Source: Gemmatimonadales bacterium (GTDB lineage: Bacteria > Gemmatimonadota > Gemmatimonadetes > Gemmatimonadales > GWC2-71-9). From it: a DNA stretch of 64,000 nucleotides. Below are positions 29,209 to 36,896 of the stretch, piece after piece. The position numbers and the translations under genes are program-made. The DNA lies in NCBI GenBank assembly GCA_033764615.1, contig JANRIU010000063.1, positions 2,779-66,778 of the forward strand, in the 5' to 3' direction. Position 1 is the stretch's first letter. The number at the start of each line of letters is the position of its first letter. The notes under the pieces were generated by a model. That model saw only the letters and a program-made list of their open reading frames with translations. It was not told the origin of the DNA and ran no database searches.

Positions 29209-30137
29209 GCGACGCCCCCGCCATCGAGGCGCGCGGCCTGGGCCGCGACCATGGCGGGCGGCCCGCGCTGCACGCGCTCGACCTCGCCGTGCCGGCCGGC
29301 GCGCTCGTCGGCCTGCTCGGCCCGAACGGCGCGGGCAAGACCACCACCATGCTGCTGCTCGCCACGCTGCTCGCGCCGACGCGCGGGCGCGCGGCGCTGT
29401 TCGGGCACGACGTGACGCGCGAGCGGCGCCGCGCCCGCGAGGCGCTTGGCCTCGTCTTCCAGGAGCCGTCGGTCGACGGGCTGCTGACGGTGCGCGAGAA
29501 CCTCGCGTTCGCGCTCGCGCTCGCCGGGCTGGCGGACGGGGGAGCGGGCGGGCGGATCGACGCGGCGCTCGCCGCGAGCGGCCTCGCGCGCTTCGCGGGC
29601 CAGCAGGCGCGCACGCTCTCGGGCGGCTGGCGGCGGCTGCTCGACATCGTGCGGGCCACGCTGCACGGGCCGAGGCTCCTCATCCTCGACGAGCCGACGG
29701 TCGGCCTCGACCCCGAGCACCGCGACGCGATGTGGCACCTGCTCGACGCGGAGCGGCGCGCACGCGGCACCACGGTGCTCTTCTCCACGCACTACCTCGA
29801 GGAGGCGGCGGACGCCGACCGCGTGGTGCTGCTCGCGGCGGGGCGGGTCGTGGCCGACGGGGCGCCCGCGGAGCTGGCGGCGGAGGTCGGCACGCTGGTG
29901 GCGGAGGTGGACGGACCCGGCGCGGCGCGCGTCGCGGAGGCGCTCGACGCGGCGGGCGCGACGGTGATCGCGCGCACGGCGCGCGGCGTGCGCCTCGGGC
30001 TCCGGGCCGGTGGCGAGCGGCTCGCCGAGGTCGCGACGCCGGAGCGGGGCGTCACGCGGCTCGTGGTGCGCGCGCCGTCGCTGGATGACGCCTACCTCCT
30101 GCACACGCAGGCGGCGCGCGCGGAGGGCGCCGCGTGA
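29205..30137 (+). CDS. ABC transporter ATP-binding protein (ABC-2/DrrA-like)
   Basis: Walker A GPNGAGKTT, signature LSGGWRR, Walker B LLILDEP. No in-frame ATG/GTG/TTG is close to the conserved N-terminus (AIEARGL). The only candidate is a CTG overlapping the pqqE stop (CTGA). Confidence 0.8.
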   Translation: MSDAPAIEARGLGRDHGGRPALHALDLAVPAGALVGLLGPNGAGKTTTMLLLATLLAPTRGRAALFGHDVTRERRRAREALGLVFQEPSVDGLLTVRENLAFALALAGLADGGAGGRIDAALAASGLARFAGQQARTLSGGWRRLLDIVRATLHGPRLLILDEPTVGLDPEHRDAMWHLLDAERRARGTTVLFSTHYLEEAADADRVVLLAAGRVVADGAPAELAAEVGTLVAEVDGPGAARVAEALDAAGATVIARTARGVRLGLRAGGERLAEVATPERGVTRLVVRAPSLDDAYLLHTQAARAEGAA

Positions 30138-30895
30138 GCGCGCTCGTCGTGGTGCGCGGCATCGTCGTGCGCGACGCGCGGCGCTGGCTGCGGCAGGGGA
30201 GCCGCCTCGCGGCCGGCCTCGGGCGCCCGTTCCTCTGGGTGCTGTTCGTCGGGCTCGGCTTCCAGGGGATCGCGCGGGTGGACGAGGGGATCCCGTACTC
30301 GGCATACGCCTACCCCGGCGGCATCGCGATGGGCGTGCTGTTCGGCGGCATGCTCACGGCGATCAGCACCGTGTACGACCGCGAGTTCGGCATGCTGCGG
30401 CTCATGCTCGCGAGCCCGGCCGGCACGCTCCCCGTGCTCGCGGGGCGCACCCTCTCGGCGGCGCTGGTGGGGACGCTCCAGGGGCTGGTGGTCCTCGCCG
30501 CGGCGCCGCTCGCGATGCCGGTGGGTCCGGCGCAGCTCGCGGCAGGCGCGCTGGCGGTGGTGGCGGGCGCCCTCGCGAGCGCCGCGCTCGGGCTCCTCGT
30601 CGCGAGCCGGCTCACCTCGGTCGAGAACTTCGGCGGCGTCATCAACGTCGTGCTCTTCCCCATGCTCTTCCTCAGCGGCGCCCTCGCCCCGCTCGACCGG
30701 ATGCCGGCCGCGTTCCGCGTGGCGGCGCTCGCCAACCCGGTCACCTACCTGCTCGACCTGCTGCGCCATGCGCTCGGCCAGCGCGCGGCGTTCGGCGTCG
30801 CGACCGACCTGCTGGCGCTCGCACTGGCGTTCGCGCTCGCGTTCGGCGGTGCGGCGCTGCTCTTCGACCCCGAGCGGCGCTTCCTCCGCCGCTGA
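30134..30895 (+). CDS. ABC-2 type transporter permease
   Basis: 253 aa with six hydrophobic segments. The GTG start overlaps the ATPase stop (GTGA). Confidence 0.8.
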   Translation: MSALVVVRGIVVRDARRWLRQGSRLAAGLGRPFLWVLFVGLGFQGIARVDEGIPYSAYAYPGGIAMGVLFGGMLTAISTVYDREFGMLRLMLASPAGTLPVLAGRTLSAALVGTLQGLVVLAAAPLAMPVGPAQLAAGALAVVAGALASAALGLLVASRLTSVENFGGVINVVLFPMLFLSGALAPLDRMPAAFRVAALANPVTYLLDLLRHALGQRAAFGVATDLLALALAFALAFGGAALLFDPERRFLRR

Positions 30896-30933
30896 CGGCG
30901 ACCCGAGAGCGCCGGGCGGGGTAGCATCCGCGC

Positions 30934-31785
30934 ATGCCGCCGCGCTGGCTCCGCCTCACGCTCCTCCTCGCCGTCCTGCTCTACGCGACCTGGGCCTGGC
31001 TGCTGTACGGCGGCCAGCGGCAGATGCTGTACCCGGGGGCCTGGATGACGCGCGACACCCCCCCGCCCCCCCCGCCCGCCGACGCGGTCGTCCTCCAGCT
31101 GCCGACCTCCGCCGGACGCGTGGAGGCGTGGTACCTGCCGCCGCGCGTCGCGGGGGCGCGGGTGCCCGCCCTGCTCCTCTTCCACGGCAACAACGAGACG
31201 GTCGACCGGTGGCTGGAGGAGACGTCGACGCTGCGCGCGCGCGGCATCGCGGTGCTGCTCACCGAGTACCCGGGCTACGGCCGGAGCGAGGGGAAGCCGG
31301 AGCTCGCGAACATCATGGAGACCGCGCGCGCCGCCTACGACGCGCTCGTGGCGCGCCCCGAGGTCGACCCGGCGCGCATCATCGTGATGGGGCACTCGCT
31401 CGGCGGGGGGCCGGCGAGCGCGCTCACGCGCGAGCGGCCGGTCGCGGCGCTGGTGCTGCTCTCGACCTACACGCGGATCACCGAGTTCGCGGCGAGCTAC
31501 CTGCTCCCCGCGTTCCTCGTCGAGGAGCGGTGGGACAACCTCTCGGCGGTGCAGGCGTACGCGGGGCCGGTGTTCATCGCGCACGCGCCCGCGGATCCGG
31601 TGGTGCCGTTCGCGCACGCGGAGGCGCTCGCGCGCGCGGCGCGGCGCGGGCGGCTGGTGCCGCTGGCGTGCACCCATGGCGACTGCCCGCCCGACTGGCC
31701 GGCGTTCGAGGGTGAGCTGGTGCGGTGGCTGGCGGAGGCGGGAGTGGCCGTCGGCACGCAACCGTTGCACGACGCCAGGCGCTGA
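30934..31785 (+). CDS. alpha/beta-fold hydrolase
   Basis: N-terminal TM or signal segment, nucleophile elbow GHSLGG, and later D and H candidates (HAPADPVVPF, CTHGDC). Confidence 0.75.
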   Translation: MPPRWLRLTLLLAVLLYATWAWLLYGGQRQMLYPGAWMTRDTPPPPPPADAVVLQLPTSAGRVEAWYLPPRVAGARVPALLLFHGNNETVDRWLEETSTLRARGIAVLLTEYPGYGRSEGKPELANIMETARAAYDALVARPEVDPARIIVMGHSLGGGPASALTRERPVAALVLLSTYTRITEFAASYLLPAFLVEERWDNLSAVQAYAGPVFIAHAPADPVVPFAHAEALARAARRGRLVPLACTHGDCPPDWPAFEGELVRWLAEAGVAVGTQPLHDARR

Positions 31786-31832
31786 CGTCCCGCGCCGCGC
31801 GAAGCATGCAACGGCGAACCCATGCACTCGGT

Positions 31833-31848
31833 TGGCACGGCGATTGCA
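31833..31848 (+). promoter_or_regulatory. sigma-54 promoter upstream of the PEP-CTERM gene 32021..32701
   Basis: TGGCACGGCGATTGCA is an exact match to the TGGCACG-N4-TTGCA consensus. It is intergenic and correctly oriented. Confidence 0.7.
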
Positions 31849-32020
31849 GCCCTTCAATGGACGTGCGGGCATTCTGCCCCAACGCAACACCCAACAACCG
31901 ACGTGATGCCATCAACACCCCTAACCCGCCCTTCCCGCCGTGGCGCCGTTGCAACACCAAGGTGGGCGTTGTCACAACACCCTGGGCCGTCCGTGCCCGC
32001 ACTCGCAGGAGGAGTTTCTC

Positions 32021-32701
32021 ATGAAGCGGTACCTGTTCACCGCCGCGCTGGTCACGCTCGCCGTGCCCGCGCAGGCCCAGACGCTGGTCACGTCGAACTT
32101 CGGCGGCACCGTCGCGACGAACTTCTCGCAGCTCGCGGCCGACCCCTGCTACAACGGGTCGTACTGCTTCACGTTCGGTCCGAAGCCGGTCGGGGCGAAC
32201 GGCTACAACGTCACCTTCACCTCGGCCGTCACGAACTCGAACAGCCCGCTCGGCTCGGCGATCGGCAACGGCGGCTATGGCCTCAACGCGAACGGATTCT
32301 GGAGCGGCGTCTGGTTTGCCAGCACGGACGGCGGCAACGGCTTCATCCGCTTCTCCTTCACCGCGCCGGTCCGCCGCTTCGGCGGCTTCATGAACTACGC
32401 GCCGGGCTCCGGTCCGGCCTCGACGATCCGCGCGCTCGACCAGCTCAACAACGTCATCGCGAGCTACGACATCGAGGCGCTGGCGCCGATTTCCACGCCC
32501 GGCGGCAACAACGCCGGCGCGTTCCGCGGCATCGAGTTCGCCACGGCGGAGATCTGGTCGCTCGAGATCGGCAACAGCTACCTGCTCATGCAGGACATGG
32601 TCGTGGACGGCCAGTCGGTCGTGCCGGAGCCGGGCACGGTGGTGCTCATGGGCACGGGCCTCCTCGGCCTCGTCGCCGCGGCGCGCCGTCGCGCGCGCTG
32701 A
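32021..32701 (+). CDS. PEP-CTERM sorting-domain secreted protein
   Basis: AGGAGGAG lies upstream of the ATG at 32021. Signal peptide LVTLAVPAQAQ and C-terminal VPEPGTVVLMGTGLLGLVAAARRRAR. Confidence 0.8.
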   Translation: MKRYLFTAALVTLAVPAQAQTLVTSNFGGTVATNFSQLAADPCYNGSYCFTFGPKPVGANGYNVTFTSAVTNSNSPLGSAIGNGGYGLNANGFWSGVWFASTDGGNGFIRFSFTAPVRRFGGFMNYAPGSGPASTIRALDQLNNVIASYDIEALAPISTPGGNNAGAFRGIEFATAEIWSLEIGNSYLLMQDMVVDGQSVVPEPGTVVLMGTGLLGLVAAARRRAR

Positions 32702-32764
32702 ACCGCTCCGCCACCGCCTGACGCGGGCGCCGCCCTCCGGGGCGGCGCCCGTTACGTTCCGGGG

Positions 32765-33520
32765 GTGTCCACCCCCGCCTTCGCCGACGCGCTCCGCGCC
32801 CGGCGCCCGCTCCTCGGCTGCATCGTCACGCAGCCCGTCCCCGACTTCGCCGAGCTGTATGCCGCCGCCGGGTGGGACTGGCTGCTGCTCGACCTCGAGC
32901 ACGGCCTGCTCGACCTCGCCGACTGCCAGCGCCTCGACCAGGCCGCCCCCGCGCTCGCCAGCGTGGTGCGCGTCCCGTCGCTGGAGGGGAACTGGCTCGC
33001 GCGCGCGCTCGACACCGGCGTCGCCGGGGTGATGGTGCCGCGCATGCAGGACGCGGCGCAGGCGGCCGCCGCCGTGCGGCAGGCGAAGTACCCGCCGCTC
33101 GGCGAGCGCGGCGTCGGCCTCGCGCGCGCGACACGCTGGGGCGCGGCGATCCCCGGCGTCGTCACCGAGGCGAACCGCGCCACGGCGCTGCTCCTGCAGA
33201 TCGAGGACGCGACCGGCGTCGCCCATGCCGACGCCATCGCGCGCACCCCCGGCGTCGACGCGCTCTTCCTCGGGCCGTTCGACCTCTCCACCTCGCTCGG
33301 CGTGCCCGGCCAGCTCGACGCCCCCGTCGTCCGTGAGGCGGTCGCGCGCGTGCGCACGGCGGCGGAGGCGGCGGGGCTCCCGCTCGGCATCCTCGCGCCG
33401 ACCGCCGCGGGCGCGCGGCAGGCGATCGCGGAGGGGTACACGCCGCTCCTCGTCGGCGCCGACCTCCCGATGCTCGCCGGCGCGGCGCGCGCGCTGCGCG
33501 AGGCGATCGGCGACGCCTGA
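32765..33520 (+). CDS. HpcH/HpaI-family aldolase
   Basis: LLLDLEHG, VRVPS, GVMVPRM and KYPPLGERG motifs of class II 2-keto-3-deoxyacid aldolases. GTG start. Confidence 0.8.
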   Translation: MSTPAFADALRARRPLLGCIVTQPVPDFAELYAAAGWDWLLLDLEHGLLDLADCQRLDQAAPALASVVRVPSLEGNWLARALDTGVAGVMVPRMQDAAQAAAAVRQAKYPPLGERGVGLARATRWGAAIPGVVTEANRATALLLQIEDATGVAHADAIARTPGVDALFLGPFDLSTSLGVPGQLDAPVVREAVARVRTAAEAAGLPLGILAPTAAGARQAIAEGYTPLLVGADLPMLAGAARALREAIGDA

Positions 33521-33523
33521 GCG

Positions 33524-34798
33524 ATGCCGGCCTGGTTCGACACCGCACTCGCCGTCGCGGCCGGCCTCGGCCTCGCGGCCGCATGCGGCTTCCGCGTGTT
33601 CGTGCCGCTCCTCGTCGCCTCCGCGGCGCACCGGCTCGGCCACCTGCCGCTCGCCGACGGCATGGCATGGCTCGGCTCGGACATGGCACTCGCCGCGCTC
33701 GCGCTCGCGACCGTGCTGGAGGTGGGGGCGTTCTACGTGCCGTGGCTCGACCACGCGCTCGACCTGGCGGCGACGCCGGCCGCGGTGCTCGCCGGCATCG
33801 TCGCGGCCGCGGCGCCGCTCGTCGACCTGCCACCGGCGCTCCGCTGGGTGGTGGCCGTCATCGGCGGCGGCGCGGCCGCGGGGCTGATGCAGGGGGCGAC
33901 CGTGTTGCTGCGCATGAAGAGCACGGCGACCACCGCGGGCGCGGGGAACGCCGTGGTCGCCACGGGCGAGGTGGCGGGCGCGCTGGTGCTCGCGGCGTGC
34001 GCGGTGCTCGTGCCGCTCGCCGCGCTCGCGTTCGCGGCGGTGCTGCTCTGGTTCGGCGCGCGCGCCACGGGCCGCCTGCTCTTCGGCCGTCGCGCGCGGG
34101 GCGCGGCGGCGGCCGCCCTCCTGCTGCTCGTCGGCGTGGCCGATGCAGGCGCCCAGGCCGTGGCCCCCGGCGACGCCGCGGTGGACGGCCGGCGGCTCGC
34201 CGCCGAGACGACGCGGTGGCGCTGGGTGATGGTGCGGCCCGACGGGCAGGAGTCGCCGGTCGGCGCGCTGGTGGACGAGCTCGTGCGGGTGGAGGCGCCG
34301 GGCGGTCGCGCCGAGTGGCGGCGGGTGCTGAGCGTGCGGCGCGGGCCGAGCATGCTGGTCGACACGACATGGAGCGATGCCGCGACGCTGGCCCCGCGGG
34401 CGCATCGCTCGTGGCAGCCGCTCCGCACGCTCGCATACGACGTCGCCGGCGCGCGCGTGACCGGCGCGGTGAGCCCGAAGGGGGGCGCACCGCAGCCGAT
34501 CGACACGACGCTTCCGGGCCCCCGCTTCGACAGCGGCAACTGGGACCTCGTCGCGCGCGCGCTGCCGCTCGCCGAGGGGTACGCGACGGCGCTCGAGGTG
34601 TGGGATCCCGACCAGGGGGCCACGCGGATCACCCTCCGGGTCACGCGGCGCGAGGCCGGGCCCGGGGGCGCGTGGGTCGTGGTCGCCGAGATCGGCGGCG
34701 CGCCGGCGACGCTCCGCATCGACCCCGCGACGCGGGCGGTGCTCGGGCTCGACGTGTCGATGGGTGGGGGGACGCTCCGCCAGCGGCGCGAGGAGTGA
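33524..34798 (+). CDS. membrane protein: DUF4126-like N-terminal domain fused to an uncharacterised soluble domain
   Basis: The N-terminal ~190 aa are Gly/Ala-rich TM segments resembling DUF4126 (GLAAACGFRVFVPLL). The C-terminal ~220 aa have no family I recognise. Confidence 0.6.
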   Translation: MPAWFDTALAVAAGLGLAAACGFRVFVPLLVASAAHRLGHLPLADGMAWLGSDMALAALALATVLEVGAFYVPWLDHALDLAATPAAVLAGIVAAAAPLVDLPPALRWVVAVIGGGAAAGLMQGATVLLRMKSTATTAGAGNAVVATGEVAGALVLAACAVLVPLAALAFAAVLLWFGARATGRLLFGRRARGAAAAALLLLVGVADAGAQAVAPGDAAVDGRRLAAETTRWRWVMVRPDGQESPVGALVDELVRVEAPGGRAEWRRVLSVRRGPSMLVDTTWSDAATLAPRAHRSWQPLRTLAYDVAGARVTGAVSPKGGAPQPIDTTLPGPRFDSGNWDLVARALPLAEGYATALEVWDPDQGATRITLRVTRREAGPGGAWVVVAEIGGAPATLRIDPATRAVLGLDVSMGGGTLRQRREE

Positions 34799-34831
34799 CC
34801 GCATCGGGACGGGGCGCTGGTAGCTTGGAGC

Positions 34832-35092
34832 ATGTCCGCCGCCCACGACGCCGATCGCCTCGTCCGGATCCGCGTCTGCCACCAGCAGCCCGACCTCCGC
34901 GCCCGCGCCGACGAGCTCATCGCCCGGCTCGCGGGCACGCTCGGCGTGGCCGCCGAGGCGATCCCGGGCCGGCTCGGCGAGTTCAGCGTGCTCGTCGGCA
35001 ACGAGATGGTCGCGAAGAAGGGGTGGCTGGGCGTGCCGTCCACCGCGCGGCTCGTGGCCGCCGTCCGCGCCGCGCTGCCGCGCGGCGCGTGA
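34832..35092 (+). CDS. hypothetical protein, Rdx/SelW-like fold suspected
   Basis: The pattern V-R-I-R-V-C...RA..L...L....G.FSV.V....V.KK resembles bacterial Rdx-family proteins, but only one Cys sits where CxxC/CxxU is expected. Confidence 0.4.
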   Translation: MSAAHDADRLVRIRVCHQQPDLRARADELIARLAGTLGVAAEAIPGRLGEFSVLVGNEMVAKKGWLGVPSTARLVAAVRAALPRGA

Positions 35093-35123
35093 TCACCGGA
35101 ACCCGAACGGGGTACCTCCCGAC

Positions 35124-35594
35124 ATGACCGTCCGACCGCTCCTCCTGCTCGCCGCCCTCGCGGCCGCTCCCGGCACCGCCACCGCGCAGGGCACCGGCCG
35201 CGCCGTCGCCACCGCCCCCGCCGCCACGATGACCGTCTACAAGAGCCCCACGTGCGGCTGCTGCGCCAAGTGGGTGGACCACGCGAAGGCGGCGGGACTC
35301 AAGGCGAAGGTGGTCGAGATGACCGACGCGGAGCTGGACGAGACGAAGGCCGCGATGGGCGTGGCACCGAAGCTCCAGTCGTGCCACACGGCGATCATCG
35401 ACGGCTACGTCTTCGAGGGCCACGTGCCGGCCGACCTGGTGCTCAAGGTGCTGAAGGAGCGCCCGAGGATCGCCGGCCTCGCGGTGCCCGGGATGCCGCA
35501 GGGTTCGCCGGGCATGGAGACGGGCACGAAGGACAGGTACGACGTGATCGCATTCGAGAAGAACGGCACCACGCGCGTCTTCGCGACGCGCTGA
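35124..35594 (+). CDS. DUF411/CopG-like periplasmic metal-binding protein
   Basis: Signal peptide, YKSPTCGCCAKW, CHTAIIDGYVFEGHVPA, and GLAVPGMPQGSPGME. Confidence 0.75.
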   Translation: MTVRPLLLLAALAAAPGTATAQGTGRAVATAPAATMTVYKSPTCGCCAKWVDHAKAAGLKAKVVEMTDAELDETKAAMGVAPKLQSCHTAIIDGYVFEGHVPADLVLKVLKERPRIAGLAVPGMPQGSPGMETGTKDRYDVIAFEKNGTTRVFATR

Positions 35595-35613
35595 CCCCAC
35601 CGCCCCGAAGACC

Positions 35614-36090
35614 ATGCCCCAGCCCCTGATCGACATCGGCATCCCCGCCCCGCAGCGCGAGGCGATCGCCGCCGGCCTCGGCCGGCTCCTCGCCGACTCC
35701 TACACGCTGCTGCTCAAGACGCACGGCTACCACTGGAACGTGGAGGGCCCGATGTTCAACACCCTGCACGAGATGTTCAGCGTGCAGTACGTGGAGCTCC
35801 AGACGGCGGTCGACGAGATCGCGGAGCGCATCCGCGCCCTCGGCGTGAAGGCGCCGGGGTCGCTCGGCGCCTTCGCGGGGCTGTCGAGCATCGGCGAGCC
35901 GGGGGCGGCGCCCAGCGCCGAACAGATGATCGCCGACCTGCTGGCGGGGAACGAGGCGGTGGTGCGGACCGCGCGCGCGGTGCTGCCGCTGGCGCAGGAG
36001 GCGCGGGACGAGTCGAGCACCGACCTGCTGATCGAGCGGATGCGGCTCCACGAGAAGACGGCCTGGATGCTGCGCTCGATGCTCGCGTAG
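35614..36090 (+). CDS. dps: Dps-family DNA-protecting ferritin-like protein
   Basis: YTLLLKTHGYHWNVEGPMFNTLHEMF and DEIAERIRALG are ferroxidase-site motifs of Dps. Confidence 0.85.
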   Translation: MPQPLIDIGIPAPQREAIAAGLGRLLADSYTLLLKTHGYHWNVEGPMFNTLHEMFSVQYVELQTAVDEIAERIRALGVKAPGSLGAFAGLSSIGEPGAAPSAEQMIADLLAGNEAVVRTARAVLPLAQEARDESSTDLLIERMRLHEKTAWMLRSMLA

Positions 36091-36101
36091 GGCATCGCGC
36101 G

Positions 36102-36896
36102 TCAGCGGCCCGGCGGCAGCCGCCGCAGCGTGGTCCGCCGCGCCACCACGCTCGCCACGGGCACCCGCACCGGCCCGCCCTTCGGGACCATGCCGCGCAC
36201 CTCCTCCTCGCGCGTCCACGCGAGGAGCCCCGCCCCGGCGCGCCACGCCACCGTCCCCCGCTCGCTCCACTCCTCGCTCCCGCGCACGCGCAGCGTGTCG
36301 GCCGCCGGCCCGGCGGGGGCGACGCGGCGGCCGCTGCGCTCGATGCGATACCGCTCGACGGGGTCGGCACCGGGAAGGGAATCCGGCAGGCGGGTGATGC
36401 GCGTGCCGCGGCGGTCGTCCCAGCGCTCGCCGGGAGCGAGCGCGCGGCCCGGCAGCGGCGGCAGCAGGTCGTCCAGCAGCGCCGCGAAGTCGTGCACCTC
36501 GGCGAGCTCGTCGGGGATGAACGGCGCCGCCTCGCGGCTCCAGCCGCCCGCGGCACCGAGCGTCCCGCGCCAGCGGCCGCCGACGAGCCCGTCGGTGTCG
36601 GGGGCGAGGGTCGTCCCCTCGGCGCTCCGCACCGCGGCGAGCGAGTCGTACCACGCCTCCAGGCGCTGCGCGCCACCGGGCATCTCGCCGAGCCGCCGCA
36701 GCACCAGCACCCCCTCGCGCGCGAGCTCCACGCGCAGCGCCCCCTCGCCCTGCCCCACCACCGCGGCGACGCGCGCCTCCTCGGCGAACCGCGCGCCATC
36801 GAGCCACGCCCCGTAGCGCGGCGCCTCCTGCGCACCGAGCCCGGTCGCCGCCGCGAGGAGCGGCACGAGGGCGGCGGCCGGCGCGCCCCGCGTCAC
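36102..36896 (-). CDS. hypothetical secreted protein
   Basis: The GTG start overlaps the gcvP stop (GTGA). Signal-peptide-like [18 protein letters not shown]. No family recognised. Confidence 0.5.
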   Translation of the reverse strand: MTRGAPAAALVPLLAAATGLGAQEAPRYGAWLDGARFAEEARVAAVVGQGEGALRVELAREGVLVLRRLGEMPGGAQRLEAWYDSLAAVRSAEGTTLAPDTDGLVGGRWRGTLGAAGGWSREAAPFIPDELAEVHDFAALLDDLLPPLPGRALAPGERWDDRRGTRITRLPDSLPGADPVERYRIERSGRRVAPAGPAADTLRVRGSEEWSERGTVAWRAGAGLLAWTREEEVRGMVPKGGPVRVPVASVVARRTTLRRLPPGR

